Assembly: GCA_040754655.1 (NCBI GenBank) | Contig: JBFMCE010000005.1 | Span: 1-60,776 of the forward strand | Length of the DNA stretch: 60,776 bases | Reading direction: 5' to 3' | DNA from: Bdellovibrionota bacterium | GTDB taxonomy: Bacteria > Bdellovibrionota > UBA1018 > UBA923 | Shown here: in pieces, positions 35,239-46,162 of the stretch | Numbering within the stretch: position 1 is the first letter of the stretch | Layout: every line of letters begins with the position of its first letter | Notes under the pieces: generated by a model | The model's database searches: none | What the model saw: only the letters and a program-made list of their open reading frames with translations | What the model was told of the DNA's origin: nothing | Position numbers and translations under genes: made by a program

Positions 35239-38004
35239 CTATGCCCTGGCTGACTCGTGAGTAGGTGGTGAAGAGGTCAATTCCTGCGCAACCATGTCAA
35301 TGGTGAAGGCTTCAATAATGTCGCCCTGCTTGATGTCATTGAAGTTCTCAATACCCATACCGCACTCATATCCTTGAGCCACTTCCTTGGCGTCGTCTTT
35401 AAAGCGTCTAAGAGAGGAAAGCTTGCCTGTATAAATGACTCGGCTGTCACGCAGCAAACGCACTTGGCAACCCCGAGTGATCTTGCCGTCAATGACTGAA
35501 CAACCCGCGACGGTGCCAATTTTGGGAACGTTGAAGGTTTCCCGTACTTCCGCACGTCCCAGATACCTTTCGACGGCCTTCTTTTCGAGCAGGCCCGCCA
35601 TGGCTTTCTTCACGTCATCAAGAAGTTCATAAATGATCGAGTAGGTTTTGATCTCGATATTCTCTGACTCTGCAATGGCGCGGGCTTTGGTTTCTGGGCG
35701 AACATTGAATCCGATGATGATCGCATTCGACGCGCTCGCAAGCATGACGTCGCTTTCCGATATGCCACCTGTCGAAGCGCTCAAGATCTTCACTTTAACC
35801 TTTTCAGTCGAAAGCTTCGTGAGGCTATCACGAATGGCTTCGGTAGAACCAAACACGTCCGTCTTGAGAATGACTGGAAGCTCTTTGAGTTCTCCTTGTT
35901 GAACCTTCGAGAAAAGGTCCTCAAGAGACATTTTCGAGGTTTTTGCGGAATCAGCGCCTCGATTTTTCGCGACACGATGCTCTGCAACCTGTCTTGCTTC
36001 GATCTCAGAAGCCATGACATTGAATGCGTCACCAGCTGTTGGAACGCCTTCAAGGCCCAAGAGTTCAGCGGCATATCCAGGGCCCACGGTTTTCAGCAGT
36101 TTGCCTTTATCGTCCGTCAGGGCGCGAACACGGCCACAGAAACCGCCAGCAACAATGGAATCTCCCACGGAAAGCGTGCCACGTTTCACCAGCACATCCA
36201 CCACAGCTCCTCTGGAACGGTCCAATCTCGCTTCAAGCACTGTGCCTTCGGCTGGTCTGTCAGGGTTAGCCTTCAGATCGAGAACTTCGGCTTGCAACAA
36301 GATGCTCTCAAGGATTTCCTTGATCCCAGTCCTCTTTAGAGCCGAAACATTCACGAAAATGCTTTCACCGCCCCACGCTTCAGGAACAAGGTTGAGCTCA
36401 GCAAGGCCTTTCATGACTTTGTCAGGATTCGCGCCTGGTTTATCAATTTTATTTACTGCCACGATGATCGGTACGTTTGCCGCGCGTGCATGGTCAACAG
36501 CTTCGCGCGTTTGAGGCATAACGCCGTCATCTGCCGCAACGACAAGGATGACGATATCAGTGACATTCGCACCGCGAGCACGCATTACGGTAAACGCTTC
36601 GTGGCCAGGAGTGTCGATGAAGGTCACCTTCTTGCCATCTACTTCAACGGTATAAGCGCCGATGTGTTGGGTGATCCCGCCGGCCTCGCCTGCCGCTACG
36701 TTCGCCGAACGAATCGCATCGAGCAACGAAGTTTTGCCGTGGTCGACGTGCCCCATGACCGTCACGATCGGAGGTCTAGGTTTCAAGTCTTCTGACTTGT
36801 CTTCGACCTTCGGGATAATGTTTTCTTCTTTAAACGCCACGTTCTCAATTTCGTAGCCGTATTCACCTGCGAGCAAAGTCGCTGTATCCATATCAAGCGT
36901 ATGGTTCAGCGTGGCCATGACTCCCATGCCAATCAACTTTTTAATGACCTCATTGGTTTTGACGCCCATTCGTTGAGCCAACTCAGACACGGTAACGGCA
37001 TTCTCAATGCGGATGACCCGTTTATGGGCCGCCGGTGTGGTAATCTCTGTTCTTCTAATTTCTTTATTAACGGGAACCTTCTTTTTCTTCGGTAGAAAGA
37101 TCAATTCTTTCTTCGCGCGGTAATCCGAAACTTTAACGTCGAGAGGATCTTTGTCACGCTCTGTGCGGCCAGCTCCACCCTTTTTCTTAAAATTCTGTTC
37201 TTCTTCAACCAGTTTATCGATGGCTTCTTTGCCGAGGTTGACAATGCCCACCGAACCCGGACGGCTTGGTTGCCCTGGCATGGACGTCGTAGGGCGAACA
37301 TTGGGTTTTGGTGCAACAGGCCTCTTGATAGGATCTTCTTTGACGATGTTCAAGATGCTGCTGGTCCTGGTGCTTGTAAGGCCTTGGCTACGAGCCCCCA
37401 GGAGTGAAGGCAGTTTAAGACCGCTTCCCACCGGAGAATGGGTGGTCTTTGGTGCCACAGGAGGCTGAGTCGTTGTTTCTTGGGTAGAGAGCGGTTTTAC
37501 CGGAGAACTTTGTTTTGCCTGAGGTGATGCGGTCGAAGCAGCAATTTGCGGAGCCGTCGGCGCTTGCGCAGGGGACTGAGCCTGAAGTTGCGCTTGTTGG
37601 GCTGCAGCTTCGGTGTTTTCCATCTCTTCGCTTTCAACGACAGCTTGAGTTTCACCTAAACCTGCCGTCGACTGCGTAGGAGCCATTCCAGACTGTTCAG
37701 CCGGCTGAGCGCCTTCTTCATCAGAGGCCTTCGCGCGCCGTCGAATAACCGTCGTGCCCACGCGCTTTTGAACAAGAGGTTCTCCCTCTTTTTCTTTTTT
37801 CCGGGAAGATGCTTTTGAAGCTTTGCTCAAGAGAGCTTGTTCTTTAGCAATTTGATCACGCACGGCCTTTACTTCTTCAGTTCCTAAAGAACTCATATGA
37901 CTCTTTACATCAATGTCGAGCTGCTTAAGCTTATCCAGAAGGGTCATCGAATCGATTCCCAATTCTTTTGCAAGCTCGTAGACTTTGACTTTTTGCAATG
38001 TCAT
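35239..38004 (-). CDS. infB: translation initiation factor IF-2
   Basis: [41 protein letters not shown]; start ATG 38004 with AAGGGAG SD. Confidence 0.98.
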   Translation of the reverse strand: MTLQKVKVYELAKELGIDSMTLLDKLKQLDIDVKSHMSSLGTEEVKAVRDQIAKEQALLSKASKASSRKKEKEGEPLVQKRVGTTVIRRRAKASDEEGAQPAEQSGMAPTQSTAGLGETQAVVESEEMENTEAAAQQAQLQAQSPAQAPTAPQIAASTASPQAKQSSPVKPLSTQETTTQPPVAPKTTHSPVGSGLKLPSLLGARSQGLTSTRTSSILNIVKEDPIKRPVAPKPNVRPTTSMPGQPSRPGSVGIVNLGKEAIDKLVEEEQNFKKKGGAGRTERDKDPLDVKVSDYRAKKELIFLPKKKKVPVNKEIRRTEITTPAAHKRVIRIENAVTVSELAQRMGVKTNEVIKKLIGMGVMATLNHTLDMDTATLLAGEYGYEIENVAFKEENIIPKVEDKSEDLKPRPPIVTVMGHVDHGKTSLLDAIRSANVAAGEAGGITQHIGAYTVEVDGKKVTFIDTPGHEAFTVMRARGANVTDIVILVVAADDGVMPQTREAVDHARAANVPIIVAVNKIDKPGANPDKVMKGLAELNLVPEAWGGESIFVNVSALKRTGIKEILESILLQAEVLDLKANPDRPAEGTVLEARLDRSRGAVVDVLVKRGTLSVGDSIVAGGFCGRVRALTDDKGKLLKTVGPGYAAELLGLEGVPTAGDAFNVMASEIEARQVAEHRVAKNRGADSAKTSKMSLEDLFSKVQQGELKELPVILKTDVFGSTEAIRDSLTKLSTEKVKVKILSASTGGISESDVMLASASNAIIIGFNVRPETKARAIAESENIEIKTYSIIYELLDDVKKAMAGLLEKKAVERYLGRAEVRETFNVPKIGTVAGCSVIDGKITRGCQVRLLRDSRVIYTGKLSSLRRFKDDAKEVAQGYECGMGIENFNDIKQGDIIEAFTIDMVAQELTSSPPTHESARA

Positions 38005-38081
38005 TGCAATAGCTCCCTTATTCGCAGTGTCTGGGCTCTCGTTGGTTGGTGATACCACTCTCTATCCTCTTTTCTGTACAA

Positions 38082-39545
38082 CTACTCTGACTTCCTGTCC
38101 GAGTCTTTATCGTCTCCTGACGGCTTTGGTTTTGATCCCATGCCGGCCGCCGCCATTTCTTGACGCAATCTTTCTTCAGCCAAAGACTTAGAATCTCTTA
38201 CAGGGCCTGCGGGAGATTGTATCGAAGGCCCGGTTTTCACCTGTTGAGTGCTTTCAAGGGGCGTCCCATCTTTGGTCAACATGATCGCTTCGCCGCCCTT
38301 TTCAACAACCGTTTGCGCGCGCAACTTAAGATTCTTTGCTTCTTCTTCTGTGCCAAATCCGGGAACCTTCATCAAGGACTCGATTTGAGCTTCTGCAACC
38401 TGGAATACGTTAAGGAAACCCGTTTGATAAAGCCCTTGAGCCAGAGTCTCATTAACCCCTTCAATGTGCTGCAGGTTGAATACCGCGTCGGCCATGCGTT
38501 TTTGCAGCTTGGTTTTCGAAATGATATCCAACCGCCAGCCCGTCAGCATCGCGGCAAGGCGCACATTCTGGCCTCGTTTGCCGATCGCAAGTGAAAGCTG
38601 GTCGTCTTCGACCATGATTTCCATCGACTTGTTGCGCTCATCCATCTTTATCGATGAGATTTCGGCAGGCTGAAGCGCTGCTTTGACGAACAAAGCCGAG
38701 TTTTCATTCCAGGGAATGATGTCGATCTTTTCGCCGCGCAACTCGTGGATAACGTTCTGAACGCGAACGCCCTTCATCCCGACGCAAGCGCCCACTGGAT
38801 CTACATCACGGTCTTTGCTCCAGACCGCGACCTTAGCGCGTGAACCTGGTTCTCTTGCGGCTGCCTTGATCTCAACAATAGCGTCAGCAACTTCCGGCAC
38901 TTCCATCTCAAAGAGTTTTGCTAAGAACTTAGGCGAGGTGCGGGTCATATACAGCTGAGGCCCTCGCGGGGTCATGACGACATCGCTTAAATAAGCTTGT
39001 ACGCGATCGCCAGGTTTGAAGGTTTCCCCAGGAATGATTTCGCTTCGTGGGAGCATCGCATCCGTTTTTCCAAGGTCAATAATCAGGCTTCCGCGTTCAA
39101 CACGGCGTGCGATGCCTGAAATGACTTCGCCCTTGCGGTGGATGAATTCACCATAAATAATATCGCGTTCTGCATCGCGAACCTTCTGGAAAATCACCTG
39201 TTTTGCGGTTTGGGCATCGATTCGTCCGAAGTCAGGGGCATCCAACTTAATGCCAAGCTCGTCGCCCGAGTTCACCTCGGGATCAAGCTTGCGCGCCTCC
39301 ACAAGGTCGATGTCCATGTCGGGATCGCCGATATCGTCTTCTGTTGGAACAACTTGCTTGAATTGAAAGAGCTCGATTTCGCCACTCTCAGGGTTGTAGT
39401 GGGCTTCTAGCTGAGCGCCAACGCCAAACTTTTTCTGTGCGGCTAAAAGAACCGCTTGCTCAAGAGCTTCAATAATCACTTCTTTTTTGATGCCGCGATC
39501 TTTCCCAACTTGTTCAATGACCCGGCTCAAATCTGACATGTTCAT
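38082..39545 (-). CDS. nusA: transcription termination factor NusA
   Basis: FGRIDAQTAKQV, AREPGSRAK, DPVGACVGMKG, LAIGKRGQNVRLA. Confidence 0.98.
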   Translation of the reverse strand: MNMSDLSRVIEQVGKDRGIKKEVIIEALEQAVLLAAQKKFGVGAQLEAHYNPESGEIELFQFKQVVPTEDDIGDPDMDIDLVEARKLDPEVNSGDELGIKLDAPDFGRIDAQTAKQVIFQKVRDAERDIIYGEFIHRKGEVISGIARRVERGSLIIDLGKTDAMLPRSEIIPGETFKPGDRVQAYLSDVVMTPRGPQLYMTRTSPKFLAKLFEMEVPEVADAIVEIKAAAREPGSRAKVAVWSKDRDVDPVGACVGMKGVRVQNVIHELRGEKIDIIPWNENSALFVKAALQPAEISSIKMDERNKSMEIMVEDDQLSLAIGKRGQNVRLAAMLTGWRLDIISKTKLQKRMADAVFNLQHIEGVNETLAQGLYQTGFLNVFQVAEAQIESLMKVPGFGTEEEAKNLKLRAQTVVEKGGEAIMLTKDGTPLESTQQVKTGPSIQSPAGPVRDSKSLAEERLRQEMAAAGMGSKPKPSGDDKDSDRKSE

Positions 39546-40096
39546 GTCTCAATCACTCCTTCAAACTCAAGATGGGCCTTCGAGATCAAGGCTAAAGGCA
39601 CATTGATAAACTGCCCATCTACGCTTAATTTCACCTTTTCGCCATCTCCATTCAAACCTTCAAGTCGGCCGATGAAATTCTTCTGCTTTTTATGCTTTTC
39701 CCAATATTCCAAGTTTTCAGTCTCTTCTTTTTCCAAGGCTCGAAATGTATGAAGCCTGGCTTTTCTCCCTCTAAATCGGTCAAAGTCTTTGGCTTTCCGA
39801 AGCGGCCTTTCAACACCGGGGCTGCTGACTTCCAATGTGTAATGCCCTTCCACTAATGGAGTCGTTTCGAAAAGTTCGTCGACAGCCTTGTTTACCGCAA
39901 CGCAATCATCAAGGCCGATTCTTCGTTTGGTTTCAGAATTGTTTAGAAAATCAATGAAGAGAGTGATTTTCCTTCCCCCTGCGGTTGACTGCTCCATGGC
40001 GACAACCTCATAACCCAAGGGCGCTAGAACGTTCTCAACGTCGCGTTGCAATTGCTCGAGCGCTTGCTTCGAGTTGGGCTTGAGTTGTGCATCCAT
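39542..40096 (-). CDS. rimP: ribosome maturation factor RimP
   Basis: LDDC, YTLEVSSPGVERPL; first gene of the nusA operon. Confidence 0.95.
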   Translation of the reverse strand: MDAQLKPNSKQALEQLQRDVENVLAPLGYEVVAMEQSTAGGRKITLFIDFLNNSETKRRIGLDDCVAVNKAVDELFETTPLVEGHYTLEVSSPGVERPLRKAKDFDRFRGRKARLHTFRALEKEETENLEYWEKHKKQKNFIGRLEGLNGDGEKVKLSVDGQFINVPLALISKAHLEFEGVIET

Positions 40097-40122
40097 CAGA
40101 ATTCAACCTAAAGAATCAGCCT

Positions 40123-40150
40123 AAAAAAAAAGTGGGCTTTTGGCCCACTC
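40123..40150 (-). promoter_or_regulatory. rimP leader terminator-like hairpin (attenuator)
   Basis: Minus strand GAGTGGGCCAAAAGCCCACTTTTTTTT just upstream of rimP. Confidence 0.7.
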
Positions 40151-40256
40151 ATACGAAGAGTCTTAGACTGAGGCTCTTTTAGCATGCCTCGAATAAAGGA
40201 TGCAATGTTTTTCCACACTTGACCGGACTGACCCGAAAAGCTTACACCTCACGGTT

Positions 40257-41609
40257 ATGCAAGAAATTCGAGTCCGATTCGCCTCAAGCCCCACCGGTTT
40301 TCTTGATATCGGGGGAGCTCGGACGGCCCTATTCAACTATCTTTTTGCGAAGAAAACCGGGGGGAAGTTTGTTTTGCGCATTGAAGATGCGGACGTCGAG
40401 CGCTCAGAAGCGGTTTATACAGAAGATATTTTAAAGTCATTACAGTGGCTTGGCCTGAATTGGGATGAGGGGCCTGTTTTTCAGAGTCAGCGTCTTGAGC
40501 GTTACCAAGCCGTATGCAAGCAACTGGTTGAACAAGGCCACGCGTACCAAGAGGAATCGTCTACAGTGCGTTTCAAGGTTCCGAGCGAGAAGGGGGTAAC
40601 AAGCTTCAACGACCTCATCCGTGGACTCGTTGCCACCGAGAATAAAGACATCAATGATTTCATTATTCAACATGGCAATGGAAGCCCTGCTTCTAGCCTA
40701 GCCTGCGTCGTAGATGATCATGACGGTCGAATCACTCATGTGGTTCGAGAAGAGAAGGCAGCCGATCAGATGCTACAGCAGTTGCTTCTTTATAAAGCTC
40801 TGGGATTCGAGCCCCCTGTGTTTGCGCACCTTCCAGAAATCTTAGGTCCTGACAAACGAAGGCTGGCCAAACGCCATGGCGCGCTGAGTGTGAACCAATA
40901 TCGGAGTGAGGGGTTCCTCGCCCAGTCTTTGCTCAATTGTCTTGCCCGCTTAGGGTGGAGCCACGGTGATCAAGAAGTCTTTTCAAAAGAAGAGCTTGTT
41001 GAGCTTTTTTCACTAGAGCAATTGGTAAACTCAAATGCTGTTTTTAACGTAGATAAGCTTTTGCGGCTCAATGGCCACTATATCCGAGACGTTCCCAATG
41101 AAAAGCTTGCGAGGCTTCTCCTGGAAGATTTCCTAGAGGACTGGAATGCCTGGGGACGTGTTTCGGGGCTTCGTGAGAAACTGGTCTCTGCCAGCGGGTT
41201 GAGTTTGATAGAGTTGTTCAAACAAAAAGCGAAAACCCTGAAAGAGCTGGTGAGTTTTCTCAGACCGCTCTTTTACGATGGGGAACTTCCGCTTGATGAA
41301 AAGGTGTACTCCCAATGGGCGAAGGCGCGTTTGGCAGGACCGCTCGAACACATGCTTGTAGAGCTTAAACATGTTCTGAAAGACCAGCAAGGCATCTTGG
41401 GCCAAATCGGGGCGGATCCCGAGACCTTAGAGACTTTGTTTCGCGCGACCGCGGACAGGTTTGAGATGAAGCTTTCGGAACTCGCCCAGCCCACGCGGTT
41501 TTTCGTTCAGGGCGAGACCAACGGTCCTCAGCTCTTTGACGTGATGGCGAGGCTGCCTTGGGCTACGGTAAACCAGAGGATTTTAAGATATCGCGATCTT
41601 TTGGGTTAG
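40257..41609 (+). CDS. glutamyl-tRNA synthetase paralogue with degenerate active site (probable pseudo-enzyme)
   Basis: GltX scaffold (RVRFA.SPTG, FVLRIED, WLGLNWDEG, VVDD..ITHV, RLGWSHGDQE, anticodon domain) but HIGH becomes DIGG, TYN becomes ASS, RGEDH becomes REEKA, KLSKR becomes RLAKR. Confidence 0.85.
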   Translation: MQEIRVRFASSPTGFLDIGGARTALFNYLFAKKTGGKFVLRIEDADVERSEAVYTEDILKSLQWLGLNWDEGPVFQSQRLERYQAVCKQLVEQGHAYQEESSTVRFKVPSEKGVTSFNDLIRGLVATENKDINDFIIQHGNGSPASSLACVVDDHDGRITHVVREEKAADQMLQQLLLYKALGFEPPVFAHLPEILGPDKRRLAKRHGALSVNQYRSEGFLAQSLLNCLARLGWSHGDQEVFSKEELVELFSLEQLVNSNAVFNVDKLLRLNGHYIRDVPNEKLARLLLEDFLEDWNAWGRVSGLREKLVSASGLSLIELFKQKAKTLKELVSFLRPLFYDGELPLDEKVYSQWAKARLAGPLEHMLVELKHVLKDQQGILGQIGADPETLETLFRATADRFEMKLSELAQPTRFFVQGETNGPQLFDVMARLPWATVNQRILRYRDLLG

Positions 41610-41881
41610 GGCTTTTCGTCAGGTCTCTTCGGTACACGATGTAAGATCGGACCCGGTCGTAAGTAAGCAGCAGCTTCGCAAAAGCTAACAACTTGAGCTC
41701 TTCATTTAAGTAAAGCCATTCAATTGGACTTCGCCGATAGCCAATCCATCTAAGATTACCTTTCGCGTCGCTTGAAAACTCGAAGTGGCGTATCCAACTA
41801 AAAAAGTTGATATTTGTTGATCTTTTTAGTATGGATTCGAGTTCTTCGCAGCAATCTCGTTAAAGAGGTCAGGAGCTTGTT

Positions 41882-43234
41882 TTGGATCGCAGAACTCCGT
41901 ACTTTTGTTGGACCTTTGCCATGGTATTTGGGCTTTTTGCGGTGGCAAGCCGTGAATCGCTGGCCGACCATAGCCTTAAGAAAAACCTAAAGGTGGGTGT
42001 TCACCAGGTTCAAATCGAAAGAGGAGAGCACCCTCTTTCTTACTTCAAGATCACTTACGACCAATTTGAAAGTTGGAAATACCTCGAATGGGGAGCTAGG
42101 CGCTGGAGGAAAAGAGAACAGATCGATCCTGATCAATGGCTGGGAGATCGAAGCTTTTGGCTGACAGATCCTCAAGACACCTCCGGGCTGGTGCGATGGA
42201 TGTATCCCGAGATGGCTGCAAACAGGGTTTTTGAAGCAACGCTGACCACGGCATCGACTGAGCAGTGGGACAAGCTCTGGGCGGCGGATGAAGCCGTGCT
42301 TGCAGCGATTGAAGATGATCTTTTCGCGTTCATGCGTGAGCACTGGAAAAGCCTGGCGGCTCTTGAGAAACAAGCCTCTGGCCCAGGAAATGCTTTAAAG
42401 GCGGGAAGCTTCGAATGGCAGATCGCTCTACGGAGACATTCAGCGATTCTAAGAACGCTCGATCATCTAGAAGGAATCCGGAATTCTCTTTTCTCGTTTG
42501 ATGAGAGTGTTTCGAAGTTCATCAAGAATGCTGATGTTTTACCACCCATTTCTAAGACCCATTATTCTTCCCAAGTCTTCAGCGCAAAGTTGCTTTTGGT
42601 CGTGCATTCCACATCGTCGGTTGGAAATGACATTCATCAGACCAAGAACAAGAGAGTGGGATGGGATTCTGAATGTCTAACAAGACCAGCCACGGAGGCG
42701 TTGGTGAGGCAATTTAAGGCTAGTTCTCTTCCCGTGGTCTATTTGATGCATGACGATCATTTACAAGACAGTTCGTGGTGCCTTTCGGATCGCAGTCCTG
42801 ATTTGGCTCTCTATTCAAAAGATGGAGAACACTCTGTGATGAGCGCCGCTTCGGAACTGGTCATTACCGGCGGAAAATTCGGTTACTGCCATGGCAACGC
42901 GCTAAGAGATGCGATTTCAAGGCACTTTTTGGTGTCTAGAGAGCCGTTGACGATCGATCTGCCGATGGATGCGATCTATACGGAGCAAAATGAATTGCTA
43001 GCCTCGAAGCATCGTAGGGAGGGCGATCTTGATTTTATTTCTTACTTCGATGAGCTGCACTTTGGGAAAGACGGAATCCTGGTTTCAGATGATGTTTATG
43101 GCCCGCTCAATCTAACGGACTATGATTTTAAGGTTTCGTTAAAGGGTAAGCAGGTGCTCTCGTATGGATATGGCCTGCGCCAGGTGCATTTAAGATTCGT
43201 GACCGCAGGCCTCGAGCCCCGGGGGAAAAATTAG
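41882..43234 (+). CDS. secreted hypothetical protein with isochorismatase-like C-terminal half
   Basis: AGGAG SD plus TTG start, signal peptide; LLLVVH...LPVVY...ELVITGG..GYC...RDA recalls the cysteine-hydrolase fold. Confidence 0.65.
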   Translation: MDRRTPYFCWTFAMVFGLFAVASRESLADHSLKKNLKVGVHQVQIERGEHPLSYFKITYDQFESWKYLEWGARRWRKREQIDPDQWLGDRSFWLTDPQDTSGLVRWMYPEMAANRVFEATLTTASTEQWDKLWAADEAVLAAIEDDLFAFMREHWKSLAALEKQASGPGNALKAGSFEWQIALRRHSAILRTLDHLEGIRNSLFSFDESVSKFIKNADVLPPISKTHYSSQVFSAKLLLVVHSTSSVGNDIHQTKNKRVGWDSECLTRPATEALVRQFKASSLPVVYLMHDDHLQDSSWCLSDRSPDLALYSKDGEHSVMSAASELVITGGKFGYCHGNALRDAISRHFLVSREPLTIDLPMDAIYTEQNELLASKHRREGDLDFISYFDELHFGKDGILVSDDVYGPLNLTDYDFKVSLKGKQVLSYGYGLRQVHLRFVTAGLEPRGKN

Positions 43235-43947
43235 GTACTGGGTTCGCGCCGCCTAGGGTCCAAGATTTGACGGGCCCGCGCGAAAACCGAATCAAACATG
43301 GGCTCGGTCAACTTACCTGTAAATGTATTTTGTTGGCTAGGATGGTACGATCCTAAAAGCCATCGGTCGCTGCCAAGCTCTACGACCTTTCCGTGCCCAA
43401 ACTGAGGTCTAGCGGTTTTAGGAGCAATGCCCATCTCGCGCAAGACATTCCAGGCCTGGTCAAATCCTATTTTACCCAAGGCAAGATAGACTTTGGCTTT
43501 AGAGAGCTTCTTGATCTCCCATTTGAGATAGGGAAGGCAATGTGCGATTTCCTGAGGGGTGGGTTTGTTGTCTGGGGGAGCGCACTTGACCGTAGCCGTA
43601 ACGAAAGCGTCCGTGAGGCGAAGCCCATCCTCTTTGTGGATCGAATGCGGTTGGTTCGCGAATCCCGCCTTGTGCAGGGCTCGATAGAGCCACTCCCCTG
43701 AGCGATCCCCTGTGAAGACCCGTCCTGTGCGATTGGCGCCGTGGGCCGCGGGAGCAAGACCGACGATCACCAGTCTGGCACCGTAGTCGCCGAAGCCCGT
43801 CACTGGGCGAGCCCAGTACCGCTCATTTGCGAATGACCTTCGCTTCACCTTCGCGATTGAAACGCAATGGTTGCGCAATCGCTTGCATTTTTCGCATAGA
43901 GTGATTTGCTTTTCGAAAGACGTCCATTCTTTTGCGACGATTGACAT
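43231..43947 (-). CDS. uracil-DNA glycosylase family 5 (UdgB-like, 4Fe-4S)
   Basis: CEKC, GLAPAAHGANRTGRVFTGDRSG, KCAPPDNKP, YHPSQQNT; start ATG 43947. Confidence 0.92.
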   Translation of the reverse strand: MSIVAKEWTSFEKQITLCEKCKRLRNHCVSIAKVKRRSFANERYWARPVTGFGDYGARLVIVGLAPAAHGANRTGRVFTGDRSGEWLYRALHKAGFANQPHSIHKEDGLRLTDAFVTATVKCAPPDNKPTPQEIAHCLPYLKWEIKKLSKAKVYLALGKIGFDQAWNVLREMGIAPKTARPQFGHGKVVELGSDRWLLGSYHPSQQNTFTGKLTEPMFDSVFARARQILDPRRREPST

Positions 43948-44008
43948 TAGAGACCCAATAAAACCTTGAGCGGGCCCGATTGCAAGTGGTATCGGTAGTC
44001 TCACACCT

Positions 44009-45193
44009 ATGAAAATACACAACGAGCTGCTTTCTACGCCGCAAGAAATCCAGGCTTTGGCTACTGCATTGCAGGGACAATCAATGATCGCTGTCGACAC
44101 GGAATTTTTGCGCGAAACGACGTTTTACCCTGTGATCGGGTTGATACAAATCGCGACTGAGACCGAATCGTGGTTGGTTGATCCCTTGCGCCTTGAGAAC
44201 CCGGACATCCAGCCTTTGCTTGATGTTTTTTGCGATCCAAAGATCGTAAAGGTCTTGCATGCATCGCAGGCTGATCAAGAATGCCTTTACACAAGTTATG
44301 GCGTTACCGCCACGCCTTCTATCGATACGGCTGTTGCGGCATCACTCTGCGGTTACGGTGATAGCATAGGCCTTTCCAAGCTTCTCAAAGATGTGCTGGG
44401 CGTGCACGTTCCCAAAGGGCATGCGCGCACCGATTGGACTGCGCGCCCGATGCAAGAGCATTTGAAAAAATACGCCCATCAAGACGTTCAACATTTGGTG
44501 AAGGTCGCGAAAAAGTTGCTTGAGCAACTGGATTCGAAAGGACGCAAGGCATGGGCGTTCGAGCTGTCGGCTCGGTTTGAGAAGAAGAAGAATTACGAGC
44601 CTAATCCCGAAGGCATCGCTTTGAAGCTTGTGAAGAGCGGCAGACTCGACAACCGCGGGTATGCGGCTCTTATTGAACTCGTTCGATGGCGCGAAAATAG
44701 GGTGCGCCATCTTGATGTGCCCAGGCGTCGGGTGGCCGATGATGATGTGTTGATGGATTTGGCGAAGGTGCGCCCGAAAAACCTCGATCATCTTACTGCT
44801 TTTCGTGGATTGAATAAAGGCGAGCTCAAAGCCAGTGCAACGGCTCTTCTTGAAGCGATTCAAAAGAGTGAGAAACTCGGTGAGAGCGAGCTTCCGCAGG
44901 TGCCCACTCCGGCAATCCCTTCGCTCAGTGAGGCTCGCGCGGTCGAGTTTCTTCAATGTTTCGTGCGCATCCTTTCGGATCAGCTCGAGATCTCGGCGCG
45001 TCATTTGATCACGGGCGATGATCTCTTGTTTCTGCTCAGGCGAAACGTAAACACGGTGGAAGACATGGTTAAAGAAGGCCTGCTCACCGAAGGCGCCGGG
45101 CGTTTGATCGGGGAAGAACTCCTGGCGATGCTCAAAGGAAAACGACAGTTGTCCTTGAGGAACAACCAGGTATTCCTGGTTGAACAGGCTTAA
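44009..45193 (+). CDS. rnd: ribonuclease D
   Basis: AVDTEFLRETTFYP, LIQIA, HASQADQE, TDWTARP, YAHQDV; HRDC domain. Confidence 0.92.
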   Translation: MKIHNELLSTPQEIQALATALQGQSMIAVDTEFLRETTFYPVIGLIQIATETESWLVDPLRLENPDIQPLLDVFCDPKIVKVLHASQADQECLYTSYGVTATPSIDTAVAASLCGYGDSIGLSKLLKDVLGVHVPKGHARTDWTARPMQEHLKKYAHQDVQHLVKVAKKLLEQLDSKGRKAWAFELSARFEKKKNYEPNPEGIALKLVKSGRLDNRGYAALIELVRWRENRVRHLDVPRRRVADDDVLMDLAKVRPKNLDHLTAFRGLNKGELKASATALLEAIQKSEKLGESELPQVPTPAIPSLSEARAVEFLQCFVRILSDQLEISARHLITGDDLLFLLRRNVNTVEDMVKEGLLTEGAGRLIGEELLAMLKGKRQLSLRNNQVFLVEQA

Positions 45194-45325
45194 ATTCTTT
45201 TTGTTCAGGTTTTGAGGCAGCTAAATAACCGTCCTGATCGCGCCAAAGTGCCTTGTGGCGGCAAAAATGGCTGGGCAAATTTCTCTGTCTCGCGACTTGC
45301 GATGGAGCCGTCATAAAATGGCTCT

Positions 45326-45934
45326 ATGTTTACAAATGATTCTTCTCAATCAAATATTTTGGATCTGACATCTAAACAAACTTTGTTTGAACTTGCGATA
45401 GAACCGCGAGAACTTTTGGGGCACGAAGGAGCCAAACTCATCGCCGACCTCAAAGACCGCGCGGCCGAGGCCGAATACACCCACATGTATTTCAGGGATC
45501 CGATCAGGCCCGGCATCGTGTGGTTCACGGCATTAGGCGAAGACAGTGGTTTGGCGTTGCCGACAAGAGGCAGGCTCGACCAGTGCCGCAAGATGACGGA
45601 TAAGATCTTTCCAGGTTTTTTAACTGGACTTGAGGCGCAAGTCACCGAAGCCACCGAAATGGGCAGTGATGAGGAGCATTGCGATGAAATCATCCTCTCC
45701 CAAATCCCGCCGCTCACTTTAGGGGTTTCGGGGATGGAACTTGCTACGGCACTCGAGTACATTGTTTTTGTCTACCCGCAGATGGTTAGGGCCTGGGCCG
45801 CGTTGATCTTCGCTTACGATCAAATCCTGACTCTCAAAGCGGGTGCAGAGAGCGTGCGCGAAGAGTGCATCGGAAATTGCGATCACGCGCAGATCGTCTC
45901 GCATCTCATGAGCGACGAGGTTCTCGAGGCTTAG
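45326..45934 (+). CDS. hypothetical protein
   Basis: 202-aa ORF with protein-like composition filling the gap; -10-like TAAAAT 6 nt upstream. Confidence 0.7.
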   Translation: MFTNDSSQSNILDLTSKQTLFELAIEPRELLGHEGAKLIADLKDRAAEAEYTHMYFRDPIRPGIVWFTALGEDSGLALPTRGRLDQCRKMTDKIFPGFLTGLEAQVTEATEMGSDEEHCDEIILSQIPPLTLGVSGMELATALEYIVFVYPQMVRAWAALIFAYDQILTLKAGAESVREECIGNCDHAQIVSHLMSDEVLEA

Positions 45935-46162
45935 CACTGACTTCTTCAAGTGAAGCTTTTGACCGCGAATTGTAAAAAAGTATTTCGCACGTTTGAGATC
46001 GGGCGCGAGTAGGGCACGCCACTCAAAAATTAGGCGCAGGACGTGAGTCAGAGGCGTAAGGATTTGGGCTAAGGGTCTTAATCGGCGTTACCAGCGACAA
46101 ACCCCCATGTTCAAATGCAGCCCCATCGTGACAAGATCCCAAGATTGTGATCCATATTAGGT

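Noticed and set aside
40257-41609. Calling the gltX paralogue a pseudogene or GluQ/YadB
   Set aside because: No stops or frameshifts, and the anticodon-binding domain is present, unlike YadB
41711-41740. sigma28 promoter TAAAG...GCCGATAG
   Set aside because: Spacing is about 3 nt longer than TAAA-N15-GCCGATAA; not supportable by eye
41795-41809. CAACT-N5-AGTTG palindrome
   Set aside because: Arms are too short to distinguish from chance
44342-45004. 220-aa antisense ORF within rnd (similarly 52156-52743, 55621-56208, 57636-58184)
   Set aside because: Antisense to well-supported genes over most or all of their length, with no recognisable motifs
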